From contig OZ116709.1 in the NCBI GenBank assembly GCA_964199315.1, forward strand, positions 5,704,001 through 5,768,000: a stretch of DNA of 64,000 nt. The letters run 5' to 3'. The notes beneath the pieces are model-generated. The model made no database searches. It saw only the letters and a list, made by a program, of their open reading frames with translations, and was not told the DNA's origin. The number at the start of each line of letters is the position of its first letter. Position 1 is the first letter of the stretch. This DNA comes from Orbicella franksi (lineage: Eukaryota). Position numbers and translations under genes: made by a program. This document shows positions 26,301 through 41,300 of the stretch, piece after piece.

Positions 26301-29300
26301 CAGGAACCCGACGGCAAAGATAAAGGGGCTCTCATTCATTCAAGGCCCGGACGGACATCCACAGGGAGCTTACTATTTCCCAGGGCTACGAAGAACAAGA
26401 GGGAGAAGAAGAAGAGGAAGCTATGCTTTGATTCCAAACGACGGGTGTCTAGACACACGGTACTCTATAACGATCATTGCCTGGATCTACCCGGAGAAAC
26501 CTGGACCCATAGTACACTACAATCCCAAGGGATGGGGCCTCCATTTGTGGCTGACCCATCCCAACGAACTCTACTTCCGGTTGATGCCGAGGCGAGGCTC
26601 GCGTCGTAATGTGAAACCGCTGACAACCCGAAGCCTAAAGCGGTACACTTGGAACTACATCACTGCTACTTACGACCATCGCACAGGTCTTGCAACTCTT
26701 TGGATCAATGGGAACCCTGTATCTCAAAGGAATGTCGGAAAATTCACTCTGGGGCTCGCTACTAACTATCCTGTCGTTGTGGGTCAGAGGCCTGGGGACC
26801 GTCGCGTGTTTCGTGGGCGTATTGCGTGTTTGCAGATATATAACAGGGCCTTAACGCGAGCACAGATTGTTGCCAGGCAGAGGCAGTGCTTCAGAACAGG
26901 TACGTAAAAGATACTGAAGAGGTTGTCTGCTCCTTTTAAAATTAGCAACGAAGGAATAGGAGATGAGACTTTAAACGAGATTTTAACGAGATTCAAGCAT
27001 AATAACTCTACTTGACCTCCCCACAGTGATATTCTTCCAACAGAGAATATCTATATCTACACTGGGAGCTTCAAATAACAGCTTTTATTAAAAGTTAATT
27101 TGTTTGTCGGTCAAATTTCTTTCGTCAGTATTCGCCGCCAGACTCTCTAATCTATGAACTGAAGTGGCAGTTGTAGTGAAACTCACGTTATAACCAAACA
27201 AACTTAATCACATTAGCTAACCTAATGTTGCCACTGCAACGATTTTTCAAAGATAGTGCAGAAGCTATCCCGATTAGACGGCCTGGTGACCAGCTAGAAG
27301 ACAACACACTGTAAAAGTCCCTTATTGATTTGGATCGAAGGCTAATATTGATTAAAGTGTCTTATTAACACAGAGAAGTCAGCCAAATGTGTTTGGTTGG
27401 GTTTATGTTTTGAAAATGGCTATTTATAGGTTTTTGTTTAATACTGACGTGCAAGTATAGTAGATATACTGCATAGTTAAGTCTATTACATGGACTTAGA
27501 TTTCTGTACCAAATTGAGAGTTACAATTTTGGACAGGATTTACAATGCTATGAAAGATTTTCCGGAGGGCCCATGATGGCAGAATGGGATGGAAAGGTGA
27601 TCGTTTAGCTATAAGGCAGCTTAACCTAATCTTATTTCCTCCGTCTATTTTCAGTACCTACGCCAAGACCAACGCAAAAGCCAACTACCGCTCGACCAGG
27701 TTTGTCATTAGTGGATCAAAGAGTCTTTCTTCCTTATTTCACAACGTGGTTGACTACTTTGGCCGCTATTATATTATAAAATATCTATTATAAAATATGC
27801 TCAGGTGAAAATTACCGCAGGTCCTGGTTATACCAAACACTCTAATTAAACGTCATTTCCTTAATTACTTGCAATAGTCTATTTTACAGTTGTGTGCTCA
27901 GTTACCTGACCCATGAAGCAAGCGAGGCTGGAGGTGACCTTGCTTTGATACAAACCTCTCTGCTTTTCTCATCTGAATGCAAACTAGTTAGCGTAAGAAT
28001 AATTTGATTTACACTTCGAAAGCAATGAGGTGTGTATCAAAACAAGGTCACCTCGATATAGCCTCGCTGCTATTCAAAGGCTGGGTCATTGAGCAGACAA
28101 CTGTAAAATGGTCTCTCTTTAGTTTGTGTTATGTCCGTCCCTCACTAACTTATATTTTCATTTATTTTTCTGTCTTTCTCTTTAGTTTGTGCGATATCCG
28201 TAGATCTGGGATTTCTCATTGATGGCTCGTCCAGTATCGAGCGTTATGGCAGAGGAAACTTTGCGCGCCTGCTCAACTTCGTCAAGTCTCTCGTGAGTTT
28301 CTTTCCAATATCTCGCCAAGAAACACATGTCGGTGTCGTCCTGTACACGCGCCGGTCTATACCCATCTTCAACTTCAACCGGTACTATACTAGAGCCCTC
28401 ATCTTGAGAGCTATTGACAACTTGAGGTATCCTCGCGGTGGTACCTACATCGGCAAGGCACTGTCATTTGCCCGACGCTATCTTTACAGAGGAAGACCTG
28501 CATCTGGTAGGAAACGGGTGCTTGTTGTGCTCACTGATGGCGTTTCCCAGGACAGTGTAAGCTCGCCGGCGCGCCGTCTCCGAGCTTCAGGCTGCGAGAT
28601 CTTCGTGTTAGGAATTGGACGAGGATACAGGAAATCACAGCTGAGGCAGATAGCCACTGATAACAGTCATGTGTTTACGGTCTCCTTCCGATCCCTTGGA
28701 AAAGTGATACAAAATATTAAAACCAAAGCCTGCCAGAAGCCTCTGCCTACGCCAAGTAAGGGTCCGATATTGCATTCATTTTCCCTCTAAGCAACGTTAG
28801 CTAATTTATCGTAGGAAGGTCTTTTTTGTGAACATCTTTCTGACTCTGTTATATAGAACGCGTTTTTTATTACATCGGCATATCAATACTAATCACATTG
28901 TCTTATGTGATTCGCTCAAATATTTAAGCAGTTTTTGTCACTGTTGTGTTACTTGCGTAACACGTACAACCTTACATTCAGTTTCTCAGCGTGTGGCCAT
29001 ACCACATCCCCTTCCTCTCAGACCAGCTTGATTTTCGTTTAGACGCAAGAAATGGGACGACATTAAAGAGTAAAAACTAATGAAAACATGTGTTGTGCGG
29101 GGGGTATCGCACTTTACCTAGTCTGGTGTTTATCAAACATTTTTCCTGTCTTTGTTTTTTCAGTACCAACAACACCAAGGGGTAAGTTTATCTCTTAGTA
29201 AAATACGTGGCAAGTTATGTTTTGACAGTGCAACTGTAAAAGTTTAGTTGATATCCTTTTGATGTCAATGGCTCTATTTGTATGTCTCAAGTTATGAAAG

Positions 29301-32300
29301 TCGACTTACCTGCCAGTTAGCTATTTTCTTTTAAACCTTTTTAAATGTACGGATTGAATCATTAACGTTTTGTTTGCTTGTTGTTCTTTTTTCATTCAGT
29401 GCGTCTACCAAGTACCCTGGCTGTCTATCCCTTTGATCGTCGGAGACAAGGACGAGACATCAGTCGGAGTAGAAACCCGAGCGCACGAATTGTAGGCGTG
29501 AAATACGGACAGGGCCCTGATGGCCGTACAGACGGCTCCACCGTATTCTTCGGAAGACGCACCAGCTACGTTGAAATTTCTAACACTGGAAGACTGGACG
29601 CGAGGTATTCAATTACTATCTTGATCTGGGTGTACCACGATGGGAATCGGGGTCCGATTGTCAATTATAATCCGAATGGATTTGGTGTTCATCTGTGGAT
29701 GACGGGCAGGCGGCAATTATTCGTTCGCTTTATGCACCGCAATGGGCGAAGGACTCCGCCTTTACGGAGCAACCGGTTTAAATACCGTGCTTGGAATTAC
29801 GTCGGTGCCACTTATGACGAGCGATCTGGTGTCGCGACGCTGTGGGTAAACTCGCATCCGGTAGCGAGGCGTAGACTAGGGAGAGTACGTCTCTCCACCA
29901 ACTATCCTATTCGACTTGGTGCTATCAGAAGAAGTCGAAGCTATTTCCGGGGAAAGCTCTTCTGTTTGCAGCTTTATAGCGTACCCTTGACCAAGAAACA
30001 GATCTTTGAGGCAAAGAAAAAGTGCTTCCTGCCAGGTAAGTTTGCGAGATTCTTCATTCAGTACAACCGAGCTAAGTCCGTAGTTAGTTGTACAAAAGAC
30101 CACGACTGGAGAGCGTTAATTTTGCATGCCGTTGTGAAGTTCATCGTTCGGCGTGATCCTTCAAGCTGTAAATCCTCCTTTTTGCTTAGTTTATTAAAAT
30201 TTGGGCTTTCCTATGAGTATTAGCGATAGCCCACAAACGATTAAAGTACTTCAACTATTTAGCTAGGGCCTTGGTTTTGCACATCGAAAACTTTAGAGAA
30301 AAGCCATCGAGCATCATATGTACTTGTCCCGTTCTAACCAAATCACTGGTCGGTCTGAACAAAAATGTACATATGGCAACGAATAACTTATCAGTGATAA
30401 TGTATATGAAATATCATACGCAAAAATTCCCATTATATCACACCTTTTTGTTTTTATTTCAAGTACCTACACCAACGAGACCGCCTATCCGTACCGTACC
30501 GTCCACTCCGCCTCCAAGAAGTAAGTGTAAATCAGTTGTTGCAGTTCATTCCTCGTTTATGTTGCCAGCACCACTGAACCGTCTGTGTTAGTAAGGTAGC
30601 TGCTTTAGATGGAGCCAGAGTAGCCCAGCTGAAAGTCCGAAATGTTGCAATATGTGTGTTTGTGTCGGTCTGTCGGTCTGTCTATCTGTCTGTCTGTCTG
30701 CCTGCCTGCCTTCTACAAGTGGAACCTTGATTTAACGAAGTCGCTAGGGATCGGCCAAATTTGTTCGTTAAATCGAGTGTTCGTTATATCGAAAACCTCG
30801 ATATAACGAATTTGAGGGAAACGACCAAAATGTTCGTTATATCGAAGTCGTAGTTAATCCTTGATTTGCAACACAGGTGACTTCTGTCACGCAATTCAAT
30901 GCAATTTTCGTCACCCAGAAGTGCCGCGTTTTGAGATGCAATTCATTAAGCGTGGGGGCTTTCAGTATCAATTATTTTCACTTTTGAGGAGATGCGCAGC
31001 TTTTGTTTACAAAGAACGACACTTTCAGAGCAGCGATTTAAAAATGTTGCGACATAGAGGTTATACAGAAAATTGTCTATGTAAACAAGGAAACGGGCTT
31101 TATGTTGCACTACCCAACATTTCCGGAATTCAAAGAAGATAGAGCAAAAGGTATGGGTCGCACTTGGGAAATCTTTGCGAGAATTTGTTTACTTTGCGGT
31201 GGAAATCTCTCATCGCGGGCCTTTGCCTAGTGCGACCTTAAGTTTTCCGCTTTGGCAAAAACTTTGCGAAGCGGCAAAACAACAAAGACGCCGTAGTGCT
31301 TGGGAATCACAGCGGTTACTGTCAACGCTTGTCAGCGTAACATGAAAAACGATACGGGCGGGAAGTTCAGTTCTAGAGGGTTGCCTTACTAGACGGTGTC
31401 CCAGGATGTTAAAATGCCGTTGAATGAATTTCTTGTAACTCGAAGCTGCTGACGAAAAAAATCTTCCGGTATTGTTACGTCATAGTAGTGAAGATCAAAC
31501 CACGACTCTACCAATATGGTGATCGAGCTATTCTTCGTCGACGTCGATTTCTTCCTTTGATCATGGCCGCTGTTGAAACCGTCAAACATTCGTCTGCCCA
31601 TCGTTCATACATCAAGTGAAAGACAACAAACTGCTGTAGGTTAAGCTGAACAAACAGAAGGAGAACCACCGCAATAGCTATGAGCACTCCTTTAATCAAC
31701 CTCCCCTTGCTTCTCTTAAAATAAGGACAACAACAACTTTGTGTGGCTGAAAATGGGGAAGTGGGTGACAGAGTGCTCAGTTAATATTTTAGCCCCATGA
31801 ACCCCTGGAGTGTCAAAAAAACAAAACCTACAGCCCAAGGAGATGTAGACAGTGGATGGAGAGAAGGAAGTAAGCCTTCACTCAGGGCCACTGTAAACAT
31901 TCCTGGGTAGAGAGGAGGGAGTGGGCCTCCTCTCTGACTGGAGGGAGTGGGCCTCCACTAACCTAACTCGAGGGAGTAAAATTGGAGGGAGTTTGCCTCC
32001 GAAAATCGAGTCTATGGGGGCAAGAGTGTGACGAGAGGAGCACTTCATCCCCATTCCCGTGTTTATTTGACCAACCTTAACAGAACTTGCAAAGAACGGT
32101 AACAATATAAAAAAGTATAAATTGTGAATTATGATCTCAAGTATGTATTACTGGACTGGCAGACTGTTCTAATCGACATAAGCAAACCTAAGCGAGGTAC
32201 TTAGTTTCTATAGTTCGTTCAGATAAGTAACATACTTAAGTGTCTCTGAGAATCGTGAAGATCCTTCAATAGATTGACATGTCTAAACCACCTCAAATGT

Positions 32301-35300
32301 GGTATGTAATTGCTCTAAAAGTTATAAATGTTCGTTTTGGTAATTTTAATTTAAGTGTACACAAAGAAACCTCAAAAGAGGTACTTATTCTAAGAGTCCC
32401 ACTGCTTATCTTAACAATTAACGCATCTATTAAATACTACTAAAAGTGGTGCTTGAACCCTCAAGATTTACATGTTATGCCAGGAGTTTTTATTAATCGT
32501 GTACATTACAACTTAGGTGTCAAACTGATGTCGCCCTACAATTTAAGTTGTATTACAAAATATCCTAGATGATTGGAAAAGCCCTTAGGCAAACTATATT
32601 ACTACGGAGACCTATGAGGGGGCAAGTGCTTTGGGTGGGTGGGAGGGAATAGAAAATATTCTGGACAAAATGTCGCACTGTAGTCTATTTCGTGTGAGAG
32701 CAAAAGACACTGGCGAAATTTAGCAAGCACGTATCAAGATGCTAAAGTTCACTCTGATTGGCTGGTTTTCAGGATTCTCACGTGAGGCCATCCAAGGTCG
32801 ATGAACGGATGATTAGCAAAGCACATAGCTCAAAATAGAAACAAGAGTTGTTGATTAACTGAAATTTATTTCATATGGTCAATAAATTGTGATTCAATGG
32901 GAAGCATGCTTGTTTCGGTTTAGATCGCGATCAATATCAGTCTTTCGAAAGCACGTAGGTAAAGAACGTGGTATCTAGTATCTGGTTCCTGAAAATTATC
33001 TCCCACTAGTGCGACCCTCCGTTTTCTGTCTAAAAGTTTTCCTTTCCGGTTGCGGTTTCTAATTTTTGTGGTTTTTTAGCCGGCAAAGATGAAAACTTTT
33101 CCCAAGTGCGACCCATACCTTTAATTGATGTCGAAATACTATAGTGCCAATGTCTATGACATATAATAAGCCGTTGACTGAAAGGTTGCTGTCTCTTTAC
33201 CATAAGGATTACAAGGATTTGTTGACTGTTGATGTGTTCAGCGTTTATCTTCTGTCGCAAGTTGACATTGTAATTCGTTATGTCGAGGTAGATTTTGCGT
33301 TTGGGCTTCCGGATTATGTTCGTTATATCGAAGAATTCGTTATATCGAGGTTCTATTCCATACAATTTACTGTAACTTTGGCCGGGACATTTAATATCGT
33401 TCGTTATATCGAGGACTTCGTTAAATAGAGGTTCGTTAAATCGAGGTTCCACTGTAGTAGCTGCTATATATATGTCTCTTTTTCTGTTGTTCTGTCTCTC
33501 TATCGAGACTGTCTGTCTGCTGCTCGGTTCGTTGATTGGTCAGCCAGTCAGTGGCTCGGTCAGTAGGTCGGTCATTCTGCTGTATGTGCATGTCTGTCTG
33601 CCATTGTGCAGCCAGACACATATATTGTGGTAGATTTTTTTATTAATCTCACTTAACCACCAGTTTGCAGAGCCCGCATCGACCTTGGCTTCCTTATCGA
33701 TGGATCTCGCCGAACCGGCACCGCCACTTTTCAACGCATTATCGAATACGTGAAAGAAACAGTCAGACGATTTAACGTCCAGGGTTCTCAAACAAGAATA
33801 GGTCTGACTCTATTCGCTTCCAGGCAACGACCGATCTTCGGTTTCCGTCGATCTCACAGTCGCGCGCAGGTCTACCAAGAGTTGAAGAGATTGAGACTTC
33901 TACGGGGAGGAACGAGGAGGACAGCTAGAGCCCTGATGTTTGTCAAGAGGTTCCTCTTTCGAGGTAAACCCACGTGTGGTCGTAGGAGAGTCCTCGTCCT
34001 AGTTACTACTGGTGTATCGCGTGATGACGTCGTGCGTCCAGCGAGGATCTTGCACGCCGCGGGAGTCGAAGTTTACACGGTAGGAGTTGGTCGTGTTAGT
34101 GTGAGGTATCTGAGGAAGATAGCTACAGATCGGTTCCACGTGTTCTCTGCCAATGTCGGTAGCTTGCTGACTATAGTCAGGACACTCAAGGACAAGATGT
34201 GCCATTCTCCAGGTAAGTCCGCTCAGAGCTTACTTTCAAATTCTCTTTACCTCCTCCGGTAATATGTTTATTATTCCCCGGAGAATTTAGGGCGCCATCA
34301 ACATGTTTGTAGCGCCAAATTGGAATGCAGGTTTGTCATCAATTATTGCCTCTCGAATTTTGATTTTGCCTCTCGTATTTTTATCCAACTTTGGACAGTG
34401 TCAAATTGTAACTTAGATAATTCTTAGAAAATGTTATATCTCTGTAGCAGCTTGGTACGGGTCTTGTTTCCCTGCTAGAGATAATTACTCGAATTTCAAA
34501 TACGATGGTATGGGAAAGGGCATTGTGGCTTACTGGGGTTCGCTGTTGCAGCCACGAGAAACAACGCTACTCTGATGAGAATTCTAATGCAATTTCAAAG
34601 AAAACAAGGCATTCATAATTCTGTTGTTTCGCGCACTTGAATTATCTACAATGTATCAGCGAATCAGGGCTAATGATGCTACCCGTTTTGACGGAATTGC
34701 GGATTCACACTAAACCCACTAATATTATAGTCCTCTGAAAGACTGAACCTAAAGTTGCTCGATCGACAGCAGTGAGCGTTTCATGTAAGTTCAATATTTT
34801 ATTTTTATTCTAGTGATCATATCCAGAGGAGCTGTGGCCACCTACCCCTTCACAAGTGCAGTAAGAGGCGGAGACATCAGTCAATATAAGAACCCTCCGG
34901 CGCGACTTGTAGGGGTATCGTACATCCAAGGACCCGACGGACACCCGCAGGGGGCTTATTACTTCCCAGGGAGGACCCGAATAAGAGGAAGGACGAGAGT
35001 AAGCTATGCCATCATTCCTAACAATGGCTGCCTTGACACACGTTACTCGTTGACGATGATATTCTGGGTGTTCCCCGAATCTCCGGGACCTTTAATCCAT
35101 TTCAACCCGAAGGGATGGGGGGTTCATTTATGGATAACTCGTCTGAATCAGCTCTACTTCCGGTTGATGCCCAGGAGAAGGACCGGCCGCCGGGTGAAGC
35201 CGCTGATTGGCCGCGGGCTTAAACCGAGGACTTGGAACTACGTCGCGGCGACTTATAACCACCGAACAGGTTTGGCGACCTTGTGGTGTAATGGCTACCC

Positions 35301-38300
35301 AATAGCGCAGCGAAATGTTGGTAGGTTCCCAAGTGGACTGGCGACCAATTATCCCATCATTATTGGTCGGAGACCGGGTTCTCGTCGCGTGTTTCGTGGA
35401 CGACTCGCGTGCCTGCAGCTGTTCAACGTGGCGCTAACGCGGCCTCAGATTCTCGCTCTGCAGAAGAAATGCTTTCGTCCAAGTATGTATTGACCAATCA
35501 ATAACAGATTTGAGTTGCCCTTGCCCTTGTCTGGTTTACATTTTTGCTGTTACTTCGTTTAATATTGATATTCCTGAACATTTTTTTTCTTTTTAGTTCC
35601 AACTCCCGCGCCAACTCCAAAACCAGGTACCTTACTTATACTGTTCAATATTTTATTTTTTTAGTTAATAATTCCGGCCTTTTTCGGATGGTAGGGAGTT
35701 TGTAGCGTGATTGTAGAAGTCTTGACAAAGTCTTTCAGTAGAAATTTCAGGTCATATCTTAACCTGTCTTCCAGTCTCATGTGAATCGATAATAAAAGGA
35801 CAACATAACGCGCGAAGATATTTTACGTGGAGACTCCGTGAAGCGCTTACCACATCGTCGGAAACGCACGTGTGGTTGTCCTAACTCTTTATATTTGTTA
35901 CCGTTAGTTTGCAGATCTCGTGTGGATCTTGTTATCCTTATTGATGGCTCTAGAAGTGTTGGACGAAGTAACTTCCGAAAAGTCATCGACTTCGTGAAGT
36001 CTTTTGTTAGTTTCTTCCCGCTCTCTGCACGAGAAACACGTGTAGGTGTGATGGTGTTCTCTTCTCGGTCTCGACTCGAATTTGGTTTGAACAGATATGG
36101 CTCACGAACTCAAGTTGTGAGAGCGATTAACCGCATCAGGTTTGTACAACAGAACAGTTAAGGTTCATAGAGTGCTAGTACAGTCCATGAACTCTCCCTT
36201 CGCCTCTCTATATAAGGTGAAACCAGACGCCTAGGTTCAGCCCATAGAGGGGTTTTCATTTGAGTGTGGAAAAGTAATTGGGTTTGTACTTACTATGTCA
36301 CACGATTGGCTTAAAAACTCGCAGCAAATTTTCATCAATTCAGGAGTAAAACTGAAACCAATCGTGACTCGTTCGCACACGTTTTTCCGCGCTTCTTGTC
36401 ATCTACATATACATGTAATTACTTCGAAACTTGATTGATACCGTCTGTGTCCTTGTGATTGGCTAGACGGATTACTTTGGTTTTTTGTTTTGGGACACTT
36501 AATTGAAAACCGCTATAGTGTCATGTGTGGGGAAGGGAGAGGTCAGGGACAAGACTAACAGACTGCTTGAACTATTTTTACTCTGTTCTCGTGCATTTTG
36601 TAGTTTCCCTTGTGCGAAGAAAACCTTCAACTATTTGCTTAAAACGACACTACTGTCAAAATGATCGAGCATTTGGTACAGTATTCTTTGCGACAAATTG
36701 AAGCAAGTTATCTAGTTATTATTTTGACAATGAGTTGATGTAAATGTCAAGATGCTGTATCGCATATTCAAGGAAAAGAAGTCTGTAGACAAAATCGTAT
36801 ATTTGAAAAGAATAGCTGTGTATGTCAAGCGCCTCCTTTCACAGCTGTGGTAACATAAGATATTTATAAACCGACTAATGTAAAAATTTCCAGATACAGA
36901 CCACTTCGACGAGGCACTTACATTGGAAGAGCGTTAAGAAATGCTAGAAGGAGTCTGTTCCGTCGCCGGGTATTGCGTGGACGAAAACGCACCTTGCTCA
37001 TCATAACGGACGGCAAGTCATCCGATGGTGTTTCAGGAGCGGCATCAAGCCTGAAAAAAGACGGTGTTGAGCTGTTTGCTTTGGGTATCGGCTCTCGTTA
37101 CAGCAGGAGTCAGCTGATCAGGATTGCATCAAGCCCTCTCAATGTATTCACCGCTGGTTTTAGTCGGCTTGGTACAGTTGTTCGCGCTGTTAAAGAGAAA
37201 GTATGCCGACCTACACCTACACGTAAGTTTTTCTGAGCGTTCTGAATGTTTGGTCGCGAGGTACAGTACATGCACTGAATGACATTAGCGTTGGTCTATG
37301 TTAAAGTTTGCCATTACGATTAACGTCATGATGGTCTCTAGTCAAGCATTATAAAAACGTGTGTTACTACCATGTATGTGTTACTAATGATATTCTTGAA
37401 TTGGACAGTTCAATAATCACTCTTGTTAGGCCTAAAATGACTTTAATTTCGTTACATTAGAAAACAGAAAAAGCTACATAAAAGACGTATGAAGAGATAT
37501 CTGACAGCTGCGTCTCATTTTGCTCTCCTTCTATCGATTTGAGACCAAGGGAGAAACGATTATTCGTTGACCTCGCAAATAAGTGAGCCGATCCAGGTTT
37601 GAAGGGTACCTTTCCCAATACCTTGCCACTTTTACTTCGAGCTTCAACATACTTAGAGGATTTGGTTATTTAGACCCAGCTCAATCGCTTATAACTGACA
37701 CGAGTTGATTTTCTTTTACAGCTACTGTTCCAACACCAACAAGTAAGTTCATTTTGGTGAATTGCAGCAGTATTCTTAAAAAAAACAAATTTCGAGGGCT
37801 CGAGAAATTGGGGTTCAACTGTTTATGCCCTTATGCTTCCTATCGATAGTCTGGTTTCTAGTTAGGTAATCCTGGAGAGGGTTGGGGAGAGGGTACTTCT
37901 CACATTTCGACTGTACAAGTTTGATGTGTCTGGACTTCGATGTCTAACTGGATTGGTGTACTCAGTTGCACAATTTCAGTGTCACATTGATGTCTAGTGA
38001 TCAGCTGATGTAGATAAAAAGGAAACAATGTTGTTGAAATGGTTTGCTATGGTTTCAGGTTATTTCCAAACATCCACATTTGAATTTGCCTGAATTCTGG
38101 GTTTTTTCATCGTGACACAAAGCTGTATGTTAATGGCTTAATCTATTTTACGCAGGACCACCACGTGCTGTTGCATTGTACCCACTCAACAGCAGGACAC
38201 AGGGACGTGACATTGGTCCAAGAAAGAACAAACCCGGTCGTCCTAGCCAGGTGAGTCTGGCTCCTGGACCTGACCGATTTCCCCGAGGTTCCTTCTACTT

Positions 38301-41300
38301 CACTGGTCGACGCGGTAGTTACGTCTATTTCCCCAACAACGGCGGCATCGACACCAGGAACTCCATCACCCTGCTGGCCTGGGTCTACCCTCTAGGAGGC
38401 GGGCCTATATTCCACTATAAGCCGCAAGGCTCCGGCGTAGGCCTGTGGGTTATCAGACGGAACATCTTGTACGTGAAGTTTGTCCGGCGCTCCGGCCGTG
38501 GCTCCTTCGTTCTAAGAGCTCGAGGTATTCGTCCAAGGCGGTGGAACTACGTCGCTGCAAGCTACGACTGTAAAACTGGGTTGGCTACCCTCTGGCGTGA
38601 GTCTACCCCCATTGCACAGAGGAACATCGGAAGAGGGCTGAGGCTTGCCACCAACTATCCTGCTGTCATGGGAAGCAGACCTGGTTCGACGACCCGTTTC
38701 CGTGGCCGAGTCGCTTGTATGCAGGTGTTTGATGTGGCTCTCAATGGACCGCAGATGCAGAAACGCAGGAATGTCTGTTTCAGACGTAAGCACTAATGAC
38801 TAGTAATTACATAGACAGGTGTTATAATGTAAAGAAACTCAAGCTTCTTGAATGTTCTCCAATGTGTTAAGTGTATCATAGCTCTATAGCAACCAAGATC
38901 GGAAATGAGGAAGGAAAGACCTTTATTTGCGACGATGAAATTGATTTGGTCATCACAGTGATTTTTCTTTTTATGCGTGTTGCAGATAACAGACTACTGC
39001 GCCGTTTTCATTGCCTTTGTCTACGTCAGATCTTCACTTATCGTTTCGAAATTTTAACAGGGAATTGGCTTTTTAAGACCGAATGAAAAAAGATCTGGCT
39101 ATAGTTTTGTAATTTGCCCACGTCATTTTATTGAACACGGCCTTGTTTCCACTCAGTGGTGGATGCGCACAGGAGCTATCGATGTAGATCGCGCGGATTC
39201 ACTGGCTATATAATAATCATTTTTGGTTGAAATTGACTGTGAGGTTTAGAGTATTTAAGTCGAGGTTTGAGTTATCTTTCTGAAGCAATAATTCCGTCTC
39301 GTCGTAAAAGAGCTCAGTCAGTAATTTTGGCCGCGTACAAAATTACCTTTAATTGAAGGAAACCTGAAAATAGTAGTTTACTAAGAAAAACACCAAAGAG
39401 ATTACAGTACATCATAAAGAAACAAGGATGGTTAAAGTGCATATGACATGAAAAATAATTTCTGCTTATTTGAAAGGCCTTTCAAAATTCAGAAGAACCG
39501 CGTTTTCGAAGTAGATTAGCACGGATTTCGAATGACGAGCTTGAAAGATTTAGGCTTAACTCTTCAAGATACGCTAACCGTGATGTAGCTCCTTTAACTA
39601 TCATTGTATCGATTTCTCTTCTAGGTGGCCCTCCACCAACACCTCATCCACCTGGTAAGTATAATTATAATCGTCTTTATACGATTGTTTCTGGAAAGTG
39701 TTACTCTTGCATCAGGCCATGGTACTCTTTCTGATCTGCTCGCGTGATTTATCGTCTTTTAGAGTTACCACCTCTTGTGGCCATATACGCCCTCGATGAC
39801 GAAACCAAAACCAAAGATCTCACAGGGAATAACCCACCGGGCACACCATCAAATGTCAGTCCGGCACCAGGCCCCGACGGACGTCCTCGTGGATCAACCC
39901 TCTTCATCGGATCGTCAAACAGTTACATCGAGTTCCCAAACAATGGCCAACTAGACACCAGGCGATCCATGACCATCTTGGCCTGGATCTATCACAACGG
40001 GAGATCTGGACCTATCTTCAACTACGACCGGCGCGGCTTTGGAGTTCATCTATGGATGGTTGGGCCCAGGGTGCTCTTTGTACGCTTTGTGAGACGCTCT
40101 CGCGGAAGAACCTCCTCAGTGGCGACCTACTCCAAGAAGCCGCGTTATCGCGCGTGGAATTACATCGGAGCCACATATGATTACAATACAGGCGTCGCGA
40201 CGTTATGGCTCGACTCCAAGCCTGTAGCGAGGCAAAGTATTGGAAGATTTGACTTGGCTACCAATTATCCAGTCAGGATGGGTGCACGAATAGGCGATCG
40301 GAGGGCTTTCCGTGGGAAAATCTCCTGCCTTCAGGTTTATAGTATTGCTCTGAACCAGAAACAGATTCGAGCAGCAAGGAAGCGGTGTTTCAAAAAACGT
40401 AAGTCAAACGTTTGTGGTGTACAGGCTTGAGATGTTTGTGAAGATGGACAGCTTTTAATAGGTCTACAATTGTAATGGTTGCAAAGTTGTTTGTGTTTAT
40501 TTGAATTAATAACTTATTTTCTTTCTGTTGTGCTTCTTCTTTCCAGTGCCCGTCACGAAACCAACAATTCCTAGTGAGTATATTTCCATGATTGAAATTA
40601 ATAGGTCTAAATTTAAGGAGGTCTCATAAAGAAGTGAGAGAGGGGAGGAGGACTTTTTGATTTGTAGACTTTATGGCAAGATTTTTCTGTGAACAAAGGA
40701 TATTTCAAAAGTCATTACATATATACTCAGAAAGCATTTTTCTCCTTTTGAATAACGTTCATATTGCCACGTACAACTTGTTGCATTCTTGAATTGACAA
40801 GCTCTTGGTTGAGGTTAGAATCTGAAGTTTAACAAGTGTTAAGATTGTATTGTTGAATGTGACATTTCTCTGTTGTTGCATTTTTCAGTCACACCAACCA
40901 CGCCGCGAATCCCAGAAAGTAAGCATTTTCGTTTCATCATATTTTGAAATATTTAAACGATAGTGTGAAACATATGTATTGTGATAATTGGAATCCTTTT
41001 AAAAATAATAACGTAATGTGTGTCTTCTTTTCCGTGTTTATCTAGTGTGCAAGATTGGTGTGGACCTCGGTTTTCTGGTTGACGGGTCAGGAAGCATCGA
41101 ATACCAAGGAAAAGGAAACTTTGGTCGCATGCTTAACTACATCAAGTCTGTCATAAGCTTCTTCCAGGTATCACGAGGAAAATCCCGAATCGGCTTCGTG
41201 TTGTTCTCGTCTCGACCGATTCCAATCTTCGGTCTTAAACGCTATTCGTCGAGGGCAGACGTCCTTCGGGCGATCGACCGCATCCGTTATCCCAGAGGAG

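Noticed and set aside
30750-33440. Regularly recurring cgatataacgaa motif resembling a CRISPR or binding-site array
   Set aside because: Subterminal repeats of the DNA transposon; spacing is irregular and the DNA is eukaryotic.
34760-34790. Possible microexon ending at cat|gtaagt near 34785 between V6 and L8
   Set aside because: It would leave an intron under 30 nt, and the sequence is not Pro/Thr-like.
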